Source: a virus
Virus record (IMG/VR): IMGVR_UViG_3300032516_000009
Span: 32,001-96,000 of that record
DNA: 64,000 bases
Reading direction: 5' to 3' (one strand)
In this document: positions 54,860 through 64,000 of the stretch, one piece after another
Position numbering within the stretch: the stretch's first letter is position 1
Layout: every line of letters starts with the position of its first letter
Position numbers and translations under genes: made by a program
The notes under the pieces: model-generated
Database searches by the model: none
Told to the model about the DNA's origin: nothing
The model's input: only the letters and a program-made list of their open reading frames with translations

Positions 54860-55027
54860 CTAAGGGCCGCCGGGATCCTCCTTGAGATTGCGGGCCTGGC
54901 AGCTTTCGTGAATCAAACTAAACAGGCCCGCTTGCGCTTTATAGGAGGTACCGGGCACACACGGGACCGTCATGGTTGCCAATGATGGCGACCACAAGGT
55001 CATAGTTTGTGTCCGTCCTAGTGTCAT
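54860..55027 (-). CDS. putative attenuator leader peptide (55 aa, not in ORF track)
   Basis: AAGGGA upstream; MTLGRTQTMTLWSPSLATMTVPCVPGTSYKAQAGLFSLIHESCQARNLKEDPGGP; stop lies inside the antiterminator arm. Confidence 0.6.
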   Translation of the reverse strand: MTLGRTQTMTLWSPSLATMTVPCVPGTSYKAQAGLFSLIHESCQARNLKEDPGGP

Positions 55028-55076
55028 CGAACTTGGTGTCCCTTAGTCGAACTATACAACGACCAACGTCTAGTTT

Positions 55077-55105
55077 AACATAGCATATCCGCGCTCATTT
55101 GTCAA
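55077..55105 (-). promoter_or_regulatory. sigma70-type promoter of the tRNA array
   Basis: TTGACA-17 nt-TATGTT with extended -10 TGn. Confidence 0.7.
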
Positions 55106-55132
55106 TACATCGCATTCAGTGTAATTTTCGAA

Positions 55133-55366
55133 ATGGTCGAATTGCCTCGCGTTTTTGAAAACGGAACGATTACGTTAACGGTAAATCCTGATGGGTTTAG
55201 GCTTTATGTCGGATCGCTCGAGGTCGATCGCGTTGACGATGTCAAGATAGATCTCAATAGGTTAAATAGGCCTGATATATCCGTCAAAATAGGTGATGGG
55301 ACATCGCTCGAAATAGATGAGACGATGCGTATATTAAAAACGTTTCCGTGGCTGAAGATTGTCTAA
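55133..55366 (+). CDS. small hypothetical protein
   Basis: ORF preceded by the TG-TANNNT motif. Confidence 0.55.
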   Translation: MVELPRVFENGTITLTVNPDGFRLYVGSLEVDRVDDVKIDLNRLNRPDISVKIGDGTSLEIDETMRILKTFPWLKIV

Positions 55367-55382
55367 TATCTATCTGTGATCT

Positions 55383-55943
55383 TTATTTATGCTTCTGTCT
55401 TTTTAAATGTATTCCGATTTGGTCCGGGTATTTTATCATGTAATCATACGCCGATTTGAAGTATCCCTTAATCGGAATGGCGGTATCTCTTTTCATTAAT
55501 TTTTCGAATATTAACTCCCCGTCAGACTCTGACCATATCCATTCTTCAGTTATCGGAACATCTGGTTCGGCCTGACTCCAAACATTTCCGTATGGAAACA
55601 TCAATAATATAAATTCAATTTTTTCAAATCTGGGTTCAGGATCAGAATAATATTTTTCACGTCTCTTAATCGACAGGTATGCTCCTTCTGGTAGCTTTAT
55701 TCCTTCCGGAGACGTGGTTATCCATCTCTTTATGGACATCCATTTGACTTCCGGAGCTTTATATCCCATTTTCTTTCGGTAGGGGAGAGAACAGTTGTAA
55801 AGCGCCGATGGCGACAACCCGCTCAACCAAGGACGGAAATTTCTTGGTATTCCGTTGCATGAATGTACAGACTCAATCCAAATTGGATTTAATCTATCAA
55901 TCCGTTGCTGAATTTTTTCTCTTAATTCGTTGTCCATACTCAT
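55383..55943 (-). CDS. hypothetical protein
   Basis: Coupled (ATGA) to the upstream gene. Confidence 0.6.
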   Translation of the reverse strand: MSMDNELREKIQQRIDRLNPIWIESVHSCNGIPRNFRPWLSGLSPSALYNCSLPYRKKMGYKAPEVKWMSIKRWITTSPEGIKLPEGAYLSIKRREKYYSDPEPRFEKIEFILLMFPYGNVWSQAEPDVPITEEWIWSESDGELIFEKLMKRDTAIPIKGYFKSAYDYMIKYPDQIGIHLKRQKHK

Positions 55944-56299
55944 CGTTCACATTGATTCTTGATCATCATCATTCTCATCTGATCATCATTCAATGTTTCG
56001 CGCTCATGCAAAACTGGCGGAGAAAATATTTTAGTTATTTGATATGTTTCTAATCCAGAACATTCATCGATAATTGGCACTTCAGCAATGGTTAGACATG
56101 GCCCATGCTCTACAGCCAATTTCTTACTTTCCTCAGATAATACACCAGGATCAACCGGTTTTTTACCGTACCCGCCAATCAAACGACATAACATCATCTG
56201 TCCACTGGGTAGCACCAGAGGTGAAGATCCTGATTTTGGACAATGACTAGATACTCGACAATTTACACACTCAACAGATAAAATATGCGGTAATGACAT
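55940..56299 (-). CDS. Cys-rich hypothetical protein
   Basis: CVNC...CPK. Confidence 0.6.
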   Translation of the reverse strand: MSLPHILSVECVNCRVSSHCPKSGSSPLVLPSGQMMLCRLIGGYGKKPVDPGVLSEESKKLAVEHGPCLTIAEVPIIDECSGLETYQITKIFSPPVLHERETLNDDQMRMMMIKNQCER

Positions 56300-56325
56300 A
56301 TAATTACATTACCGACTGATATAAT

Positions 56326-56787
56326 TTAAGATTCCATAATCGTAACTAAATCTTTGGCTAGCCTATCGGCCTCGAGCATATCCACCGGACCCGCAGGTCG
56401 GACTACAAGCCTGACTTCATTTAAAAGATTTTGAAATCTCCCAAGTTCTTTATCTGCAGACTGGATGGCTTCAAAATTTAAAGGGTTATACAACAATCTA
56501 GTATCTTTGTCGAGATTGTATAATAACTTAATATCCTCACTGGACAAATTAGATAAGTATATAGTCTCTTCCGTATTCTGAGATACAATTTCATAACACA
56601 TACGGGACATGATATGTATAGCCCTTAGTACATTCTTCATTGGGCCATTACCATTCACGACATCTTTATAATTCGGACCAACAATCACTGTCCGAATTTT
56701 GGAGCGCATGATACTGAACAGAATTTCAGCTGTTCGATTATCTAATTCGATTGTGGCCAACCCGTTAGTTATTGTAACGCCATTCAC
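56326..56787 (-). CDS. hypothetical protein
   Basis: 153-aa ORF ending LVTIMES. Confidence 0.55.
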   Translation of the reverse strand: MNGVTITNGLATIELDNRTAEILFSIMRSKIRTVIVGPNYKDVVNGNGPMKNVLRAIHIMSRMCYEIVSQNTEETIYLSNLSSEDIKLLYNLDKDTRLLYNPLNFEAIQSADKELGRFQNLLNEVRLVVRPAGPVDMLEADRLAKDLVTIMES

Positions 56788-56826
56788 AATATATTATACA
56801 CACCTTTACCCCAAATTTACAATTAA

Positions 56827-57627
56827 CTATCTTTCGGTAGGTGGCTTGGTGGATATTTGATCCTCTCTTTCAGCATCTCGATTATATTGTTCGGCGGCTT
56901 CTTGAAATTTATCGGAGTGGAATCTCCACTGTTCAAATTCATGAATAGGGTCTTTGGTTTTACCTTTTTCTTTTGACTTAGGATACCCATCTAATTCGAA
57001 TTCATAATCATACATTATACTATCGACACCTATAGTTACATCAAAATCATGGGTAACCATGTGTAATACTGGAGGTTCGTCATTAGTAATTTCAAACTTC
57101 CATCCCTTTTGTTTTGCCTCGGTTTGAAGGTTAATTAAAATACGTTCTTCCATCCTAAAATCCGCGGGGTTCGCAGCAGCATAGTGTTTAACTATAGAAT
57201 GAAGTAAATCGAAATTGGGCAATATTATCATTCGTCGCATTAATTTGGATGAACATTGTCCGGAATGTTCTATATCAGATGCTATGCGCCGAAGCATGAC
57301 AGCATATGCACCAGGGTCAATCGATGCTTTTTGTTTAAGAGTTTCTTCCTCATCCTCTTCTCCAGGCATGCCCTTCCTGAGAAATTTTGTGAGCACGTCA
57401 AGAGGCTTATTGGTAATCTTATGCGTAGAATCTGATGGATCATCCTCTGCTTCGACATCTACATTATACATAACATATTTCGCATCTATCTTTACTGATA
57501 TGTCAGTAAGATCTTGACCAAAGAATGCCCCATCTTTCGTTATTTCCGATCGCCACTTGGGCGGTGGGAAATAATCTTTAATATCCTTCATTATCACTAA
57601 TGCAAATCTACTACGCATATCATACAA
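56827..57627 (-). CDS. hypothetical protein with internal duplication and a central LRRIA motif
   Basis: Two similar halves around MLRRIASDIE. Confidence 0.6.
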   Translation of the reverse strand: MYDMRSRFALVIMKDIKDYFPPPKWRSEITKDGAFFGQDLTDISVKIDAKYVMYNVDVEAEDDPSDSTHKITNKPLDVLTKFLRKGMPGEEDEEETLKQKASIDPGAYAVMLRRIASDIEHSGQCSSKLMRRMIILPNFDLLHSIVKHYAAANPADFRMEERILINLQTEAKQKGWKFEITNDEPPVLHMVTHDFDVTIGVDSIMYDYEFELDGYPKSKEKGKTKDPIHEFEQWRFHSDKFQEAAEQYNRDAEREDQISTKPPTER

Positions 57628-57641
57628 TATTTATAGGAGAG

Positions 57642-58568
57642 CTATCTATAACCCAGGAATGCATGCATAACCTGTTTAATTAGAATGTCTGGACTCGGAA
57701 GCCCCTGCATATTGCATCCGGCGGCCTTATCGTGCCCTCCACCGCCAAATTTTTCGGCAATCAATCTAACATTGACTTTATCATTTGAACGGAATGAGAC
57801 GACCGTACGAGGGTTGTCTCCATGCATATAGAAATATGAGACAGCTACATCGATCCCATAATCTGTCCGTAAGAACTCAGCCGTGTCACTGAATGTCGGT
57901 TCTGTTAAATTAAAGAATGCAAATTCGCATTGTTGATAGTTAATAATCTCTATCTGCGTGTGGGCAGTTTTCGCAATGACCTTGGTCTTACGTTTGATCT
58001 TATCGATAACTAACTTTCCTAATTGATATATTTTATCGAAATCGAGAAAATTTATGGATTCCAGCAATGAATCATGGCCTGCAGATAATAGGCCGTGGCC
58101 CATTGCTGCAGCATGATACCAATCAGGGTGTTTCGTATTCCAGGTATCACGAATAGCACATAACTTTGCAAAATTTTCCCACCGATGTAATTCGTCTTCA
58201 GAAATTAAGTCCCTGATCGGATACATCAAATATTCATAGGCCAGTAACGCTCCTGATTTACTTTCGTCTCCAAATACTCCGTTGAGCATGCGCGTTACAG
58301 TTTCGGCCGTTTTATGGTGGTCCAGTACGATCGGATCGAGATTAACCCAATCTTGCCATCGGGTTAATGGGGGCGTGATGTCCACAAACAACTGATGGGG
58401 CTTGGCTTCTAGATTCTTGTGTTCTGGTGTCTGATATTGAATAAAATGAATTTCTGGTTTAATACCTATGATTTCAGCGACTTTCGCACATATGAGTGCC
58501 GAAGCTATCCCATCAGGACAAGATGCGTGAACGTAAATCTCAGTTATTTGTTTGAATCTTTCGATCAT
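57642..58568 (-). CDS. DHH/DHHA1 phosphoesterase
   Basis: HASCPDG, FVD, LDHH, SFRS, GGGGHDKAAG. Confidence 0.9.
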   Translation of the reverse strand: MIERFKQITEIYVHASCPDGIASALICAKVAEIIGIKPEIHFIQYQTPEHKNLEAKPHQLFVDITPPLTRWQDWVNLDPIVLDHHKTAETVTRMLNGVFGDESKSGALLAYEYLMYPIRDLISEDELHRWENFAKLCAIRDTWNTKHPDWYHAAAMGHGLLSAGHDSLLESINFLDFDKIYQLGKLVIDKIKRKTKVIAKTAHTQIEIINYQQCEFAFFNLTEPTFSDTAEFLRTDYGIDVAVSYFYMHGDNPRTVVSFRSNDKVNVRLIAEKFGGGGHDKAAGCNMQGLPSPDILIKQVMHAFLGYR

Positions 58569-59494
58569 ATGCTTACCATAGACCCAGGACGTCCGGACTC
58601 CAGTATATACTTCATGGCTTTGTCCACTTTCAAATCCAAGTCATGTATGCTACCATCATTATTCAGTACAAAGTCAAATTCTGAATCCGGAATAGTAGCT
58701 TGTTCAAGCTCTGATCTGTGTTGATATGGTGGCTTCGGAATACTTGGCATTTTGACCCTAATAATAATTGGAATAACATCACCTTTCCCATATTCTCTTG
58801 TTAATTTGATCTCATGCTTATGTCTAAAATCTGGTGAACAAGTAACAATATATTCGGGGTCGATCAATAAAGGAATAACTATATATGATATTCCTTTCAT
58901 ATTTGAATAACAACAATGACGCCATTCTCTAGCTACTTGTATTTGAGTTTCGATTGATTTCCTAATCCAAGTATTTAAGTACATAGTATTCATTAATTCG
59001 CAATGTCCCTGCAATGTCTCTCTTGGAGATAACCAAAAATTTGGGTCTCCTTTTTCCACATAATAAATTTTATGCCTTTTTACATTTTCACATGGAAGTT
59101 GGTAATACGAATTATCGACACAGGAGAATAAATAATATTCTTTATTTGGATCGAGCTTTGTCGGTTTGCCATCCAAAGATAAATTCCCAGTGTCACTTGG
59201 ATCAATAACTTTGATTAATTCGAATTTATGATGTTTTGGATATCTCAAATCGCCAGCATTGCGTTTTTCACTTGGACCGAATAGCTGTTCTTCAGTAAAC
59301 CCATACAAATCGGCCATGTGGCGCTTGGCTGGATCAGCAAGCCCTATTCTGATGGCTTTAAATTGTTCTATTAACCTATTGGCTATAGTATCTTTTCCAG
59401 TACCAGAAAAACCGGATATTCCTATCATATAATGTCGCATTATTTCTCCGACTTTATTGTTCTGCGTTATTATACAATGGGAAATGTATGACAA
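58565..59494 (-). CDS. deoxynucleoside monophosphate kinase
   Basis: IGISGFSGTGKDT, LADPAK, SPRETLQ, DFRHKHE, HRSE, NDGS. Confidence 0.85.
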   Translation of the reverse strand: MSYISHCIITQNNKVGEIMRHYMIGISGFSGTGKDTIANRLIEQFKAIRIGLADPAKRHMADLYGFTEEQLFGPSEKRNAGDLRYPKHHKFELIKVIDPSDTGNLSLDGKPTKLDPNKEYYLFSCVDNSYYQLPCENVKRHKIYYVEKGDPNFWLSPRETLQGHCELMNTMYLNTWIRKSIETQIQVAREWRHCCYSNMKGISYIVIPLLIDPEYIVTCSPDFRHKHEIKLTREYGKGDVIPIIIRVKMPSIPKPPYQHRSELEQATIPDSEFDFVLNNDGSIHDLDLKVDKAMKYILESGRPGSMVSI

Positions 59495-60672
59495 CTATTG
59501 ACGATATAAAATGGGTACCATTCGATAAATTTGAAGGGCCAATGTATTTAGGTCAATATAGATATAAACTCCCGGATAATCCAGATTTTCTAGACAAAGC
59601 TCTCTACGTTTTTTCTCACGTTGAATCTGGCAGGTACGATGCCATAAACATGTATGATAAATGCATTGTTTCATTAGGTTTGATTCAAAGATGTGAAGCT
59701 GCACCGATTTTTGGCACAAGTGAAATGTTGAGCAAATGTGCTAAAATTAACCCAGATGAATTTAATAAATGCATAGATCTTATGCCCGCCCATCCAGTTT
59801 TTCAGGAGACAAAACTCGGGTGGAGATTTTTCCAAGATGGGAATGAAGTAAATAACAGGTCAGCTCAACAAAAGCTATTTTTGAGCACTAATGGACTACG
59901 CGAGAATTGGAATGATGAATCGAAAGAATATGCAAAGGCCACAGCCGTCGCTTTATGTTCGATATATAACAATGAATCATTTAGAAGTATTCAAATGGAA
60001 TATGCAAAATCTCTACTAATGAAATTCGTATATAAAAATGCACAGGATGCGTTATTCACAAGAACGGATGAAGACGGATTGTGGGGAGCACTAAAAGCTG
60101 CTTATATTTCGTTTGCGGGGAATTCACCATCCATGGCCAATAACTGTGTGCGATCCATAATGGAAAATGGCGTATGGAATTTGATGGACGATAGAGATAA
60201 ATGTATCGCTGTGTTACAATCTCTTGTATTTGATTCAGAAATATCAATTTGGCCAATTCGATACAACGACATACGAGGCCCACTCGAGAATTTATTTAAT
60301 GTTGATCTGCCAGATTTTGCTAGTGAGCTCAAACAATGGAATGATAATTATAAGTATGGACGAACTGTACATGAAGTCCAAGCAGGACTCCAGTATTTAG
60401 GATACGATATCGGCCCCGAAGGAGTGAATGGGAAGATCACTCGTGGAACCAGTGCAGCTATTGCTGAATTTAAAAGGGATCAGCATCTAACTCCGGATAA
60501 TATATTGGATATAGTTACAGTTGAATTGTTACACCAGATGGTAGAATCGCTAGATTCTATAGCGGCGGGAAGGTTGATAGATTTATCCAATGCTGTGATG
60601 AACGGAAAAGATGATATAGTGGCAATACTAGACGATATTACAAATCGGCAAAAGAAATCTCCGGAAGCCTGA
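59488..60672 (+). CDS. peptidoglycan-binding-domain protein (endolysin candidate)
   Basis: PG_binding_1-like VQAGLQYLGY...NGKITRGTSAAIAEFKR; N-terminal ESG motif. Confidence 0.6.
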   Translation: MTTIDDIKWVPFDKFEGPMYLGQYRYKLPDNPDFLDKALYVFSHVESGRYDAINMYDKCIVSLGLIQRCEAAPIFGTSEMLSKCAKINPDEFNKCIDLMPAHPVFQETKLGWRFFQDGNEVNNRSAQQKLFLSTNGLRENWNDESKEYAKATAVALCSIYNNESFRSIQMEYAKSLLMKFVYKNAQDALFTRTDEDGLWGALKAAYISFAGNSPSMANNCVRSIMENGVWNLMDDRDKCIAVLQSLVFDSEISIWPIRYNDIRGPLENLFNVDLPDFASELKQWNDNYKYGRTVHEVQAGLQYLGYDIGPEGVNGKITRGTSAAIAEFKRDQHLTPDNILDIVTVELLHQMVESLDSIAAGRLIDLSNAVMNGKDDIVAILDDITNRQKKSPEA

Positions 60673-61186
60673 TGGGCTTCGCATTTTTTTCCTCTTCATC
60701 CTTGATGATTTGACGAAGAGTCTTTTGCAAGGCGTCTATGGCCTTTTGAAAACTATCAACCGTGGATAATATGATATCCTTATCTTGAGTTTTACTCCAA
60801 TTGTCTATATGTGTTTGCCCCTTTTCGATAGCGTCTATTAGTGCATCCGATAGATATGCAGGCCCAACCGGGATGCATGTTGAATTGATTAATTCTAAAA
60901 ATATCCAATTGCTTCTAGAAGACCCATCATATGGAGCATGATAATAGCTGCGAATCCCGTCTACTAACCCGGTCTTCTTATTCCTGGTTTTACCAATTCG
61001 AGTCTGGCCACTAACTCTAACCCAATCCCCGATAGACACCTTGCCCGACATTTCAAGTCTGTAGCCCGATATTTCAAGTCTGTAGGCCACCTTGGATGTA
61101 TAGCATTCTACGGTTGGAAATTTACCCTGTTTATTCAGATAACAAACTCGACCGAATACTGGCGGAATATCTACTGTAATCAGCAT
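60638..61186 (-). CDS. hypothetical protein
   Basis: 182-aa ORF. Confidence 0.55.
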   Translation of the reverse strand: MLITVDIPPVFGRVCYLNKQGKFPTVECYTSKVAYRLEISGYRLEMSGKVSIGDWVRVSGQTRIGKTRNKKTGLVDGIRSYYHAPYDGSSRSNWIFLELINSTCIPVGPAYLSDALIDAIEKGQTHIDNWSKTQDKDIILSTVDSFQKAIDALQKTLRQIIKDEEEKNAKPIRLPEISFADL

Positions 61187-61267
61187 TCAATTAACTTACA
61201 TTGAGAAGAATATTTACACAAACAGTTCAAAAAGCTTGCTAATCACATTCTATTTTCCTATAATTGT

Positions 61268-61501
61268 ATGGATATTCTATGGGATCCGGAAATTGCTATA
61301 TGCACTGAATGTGGTAATAGACGCGTTGTCAGAAGATATACTTCTGATAATTTGCACAGAATCTTCTGCTATACATGCTGGCATAAAATGCAAAAAGATA
61401 TGGAATTAGATGATTCAGAATGGACTGAGCGTAGTTGTATAGTCATGGAGTGTGAGCAGCAGCATAAAAATGGAACCACACAAGATTATTCCTTCCATTG
61501 A
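61268..61501 (+). CDS. small Zn-finger protein
   Basis: CTEC, CYTC. Confidence 0.5.
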   Translation: MDILWDPEIAICTECGNRRVVRRYTSDNLHRIFCYTCWHKMQKDMELDDSEWTERSCIVMECEQQHKNGTTQDYSFH

Positions 61502-62150
61502 TATTAATGATATACCAATTCTAAGTTTAGGGGCTAAAGATTATTTTATTAAAGCACATAAATTCGCTTATCACTATTACTATGATGTAATAGAAAAAAT
61601 AGCATCTACTAGATTTAACCAACTCAGTCCAGAATATTTTTTCAGAGAATATATTTGGGTAGTCTATACTTCCGGATTTTCGGCTAAAGCTGTTAGTAGA
61701 TTCTATGATAAATTAACTACAACTTATGGTAACTATTCCGAATTGAGTAAAGAATCACTAGATTCAATTATGCCTAGAATTAAACCTATATGCAATAATA
61801 AACAAAAAGCGAATTCAGTATTTAGAACTTCCAAAATCTTGAATGATGCAATTGCTAAATTTGGTTGGGAGACTTATCGAAATAAATATTTATCATCAAC
61901 ATCATCATTGACCAGTTTACCTCATATTGGACCGATTACTTGTTTTCATCTTGCCCGGAATATTGGATTATTAGATTCAGTAAAACCAGATCTTCACCTG
62001 GTTAGAGCAGCTAAATATTGGGGGTATAGCAATTGCGAAGAAATGTGCAAAGATGTTCAACCAGAAGGCATGCCGCTCGGAATCGTAGACTTGATTTTGT
62101 GGTATTCATTATCTTCGTTTGGTTCATCACCGATACAGAAATCTAAATAA
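61452..62150 (+). CDS. HhH-GPD-like DNA glycosylase-fold protein
   Basis: LPHIGPITCFHLARNIG, KPDLHLVR, VDLILW. Confidence 0.65.
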   Translation: MSSSIKMEPHKIIPSIDINDIPILSLGAKDYFIKAHKFAYHYYYDVIEKIASTRFNQLSPEYFFREYIWVVYTSGFSAKAVSRFYDKLTTTYGNYSELSKESLDSIMPRIKPICNNKQKANSVFRTSKILNDAIAKFGWETYRNKYLSSTSSLTSLPHIGPITCFHLARNIGLLDSVKPDLHLVRAAKYWGYSNCEEMCKDVQPEGMPLGIVDLILWYSLSSFGSSPIQKSK

Positions 62151-62258
62151 ACTGATTGACCTATTAAATTGTGGTGAAGATATTAACTAACTTAGTATTT
62201 TCATCCTCTGCAGATTCGGGTTCAATAATTATGAAAAGCGGATCTTGAAATATACCCA

Positions 62259-62576
62259 TTATGCTTCGTAACATATTAGACGCTTCTTTTTTGATTTATA
62301 CTCTTGAGTCATGAGAGCGCTTATTAATTGTGCGCGATCTAAAGATATGTCGCATGATTTCAATAATTCAGAACAAATAATGAACTGCACTTGAATAGTA
62401 TCACATACTGACGACATGTATCTAGTTGGGATGAATAACTCGAATTCAGCTAATTTCAAAAAAACGTAATCTTTATTCTCGATCTTCCTTTTGGATACTA
62501 ATACTTGAGAATCATTCACGTACGAAGAAAATCCTTCGCGTGACTTCTTGGTTGAATTTAAGACTTTTTCTCTCAT
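62259..62576 (-). CDS. hypothetical protein
   Basis: GGAGG upstream. Confidence 0.55.
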   Translation of the reverse strand: MREKVLNSTKKSREGFSSYVNDSQVLVSKRKIENKDYVFLKLAEFELFIPTRYMSSVCDTIQVQFIICSELLKSCDISLDRAQLISALMTQEYKSKKKRLICYEA

Positions 62577-62649
62577 ACGAATACCTCCGTATGACGATAA
62601 TAACCTACACTTAAAATTATAAATCAGTCAAATTCTTTTTACAATATTT

Positions 62650-62949
62650 CTATTTTTCTTCAGTTTCTTCGGTCGGCTGATCCACAACATGACTAATCGC
62701 ATTTTCCATATTATCAATGAATTCTTTAAATTCTTTAAACTGTGAGTCCATATAATCTGGAACCCATTGTAAAGAAGATTCAGCGTAAAGACCTCTACTA
62801 TGCTGACGGGCTAATGCCATTGCTTCTTTGGCCGTATTCATCAATTCGATCATAGATTCAACGTTTCTTTTGATATTCCCTTCAATAGCTACGCGATTAA
62901 TCAAATATTTAGCCGCCACTCTTTTGGCTAAATTCGATATATTTGGCAT
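62650..62949 (-). CDS. hypothetical protein with LAKRVAA leader
   Basis: 99-aa ORF. Confidence 0.55.
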   Translation of the reverse strand: MPNISNLAKRVAAKYLINRVAIEGNIKRNVESMIELMNTAKEAMALARQHSRGLYAESSLQWVPDYMDSQFKEFKEFIDNMENAISHVVDQPTEETEEK

Positions 62950-62963
62950 ACTTCAATACATTA

Positions 62964-63500
62964 TTAGAGAGATAACACTCCAATATAGTCTAGATTTCTA
63001 TATTTCTGAGCATAATCCAACCCATAACCAATGACGAATTTATCATCAATCATAAAACCAAGAAAATCCATTGGCACACGCACCTTCATTCTTGACGGTT
63101 TGTGTAGTAAAGAACAAACTTTTATGCTATTCGGACCTCGAGTTCGAAGCATCTTGATTAGATAATCCATAGTTAATCCAGTATCTATGATATCTTCAAT
63201 GATTATTACATCCCTATTCTTTATTGGTTCGGATAAATCTTTCGTAATTTCAACCACTCCCGATGACTTGGTATCTGCCCCATATGAAGAAGTGCCGAGG
63301 AAGTCTACAGTTACAGGTAAATCGATGTATCGAATTAAATCAGCTATGAAAATGAAGCTACCCTTTAATATACATATTAAGACCGGGGCCTCTTTCGCCT
63401 CTGCATATGCTTTAGTTATTTCGGCACCAAGTTCTTGCACGCGTGATAATAATTTATCAGTCGGTATCAGGATCTCTATAGTCTTGTCGATAATCTTCAT
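62964..63500 (-). CDS. hpt: hypoxanthine-guanine phosphoribosyltransferase
   Basis: LKGSFIFIADL, SSYG, IIEDIIDTGLT, FVIGYGLDY..YRNL. Confidence 0.95.
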   Translation of the reverse strand: MKIIDKTIEILIPTDKLLSRVQELGAEITKAYAEAKEAPVLICILKGSFIFIADLIRYIDLPVTVDFLGTSSYGADTKSSGVVEITKDLSEPIKNRDVIIIEDIIDTGLTMDYLIKMLRTRGPNSIKVCSLLHKPSRMKVRVPMDFLGFMIDDKFVIGYGLDYAQKYRNLDYIGVLSL

Positions 63501-63668
63501 AGTAAACGGTACATTCTTTTCGAATGTTTGATGCAGCTACTCTTCGACAGCGTCGATTGTACCCACGTTTAGTAGAACGCCGCGCTTTGGTGTGCCAGTG
63601 CAGAGATTTGCGCCAGTGAGTGAGTGCGTCGTACTCGTCGCCTGAGATCATTGGTAGTTCGTGCATAG

Positions 63669-63926
63669 CTAATGTTCCGGATTATCGATGAAATTTGACA
63701 GATTTTCAAAGTCTAAGTTATTATTCTCTTGATATTCAATCAGTTGTTGTCGATCTTCTTCATCCACAGATTGTGGATCCAAAGCAGCAATTAAACAAAA
63801 TTCAGATTGACTGATGTTAATTATTGACCCCTCTCCCGCCTTAATAACATCCCAAAACGATACCCAAGGCGACCACCCATCTAACTCAGTACTCGGCCCC
63901 CATTCATCAACAGAATACGCTGTCAT
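63669..63926 (-). CDS. hypothetical acidic protein
   Basis: 85-aa ORF. Confidence 0.5.
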   Translation of the reverse strand: MTAYSVDEWGPSTELDGWSPWVSFWDVIKAGEGSIINISQSEFCLIAALDPQSVDEEDRQQLIEYQENNNLDFENLSNFIDNPEH

Positions 63927-64000
63927 ATGTATTAGCCAAACATTATATTCATCAAAATCCAGAGACGGATCTATAGACTTTCCACATTGTGGACAGAATT

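Noticed and set aside
1-64000. Stop-codon reassignment
   Set aside because: Conserved genes are intact in the standard code, TAA/TAG/TGA all terminate genes, and no suppressor tRNA was found

Overview
Fragment of a very large (jumbo/huge) bacteriophage genome in the standard genetic code. A Gly-rich lipoprotein, an FGE-domain gene and an SLT-like gene weakly suggest a myxobacterial host. The left third (1-21 kb) covers DNA and nucleotide metabolism: Mre11/SbcD-like nuclease, RecD2 helicase with a LAGLIDADG intein, NAD+-dependent ligase split into two divergent genes, class II RNR, clamp-loader delta/delta', two sigma-like proteins and a PurZ-like synthetase. From about 55.1 kb down to 21.4 kb, the minus strand carries an array of about 41 tRNA genes covering all 20 amino acids, interspersed with about 13 free-standing HNH/GIY-YIG/LAGLIDADG-like endonuclease genes and cargo genes. 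Three linked features stand out. (1) An operon encoding a divergent Ro60/TROVE-vWA protein with a ubiquitin-like conjugation set (E2-like, JAB, Ubl, E1). (2) Eight complete and one partial structured RNAs sharing one covarying stem / 5x5 internal loop / stem module (Y-RNA-like), joined to tRNA mimics in four topologies, including mutual circular permutations. (3) A sigma70 promoter plus a 55-codon leader ORF using all 20 amino acids, wired to a terminator/antiterminator switch at the head of the array. The right end has DHH phosphoesterase, dNMP kinase, PG-binding protein, HhH protein and hpt. All calls were made by eye from motifs and base pairing; no searches were run.
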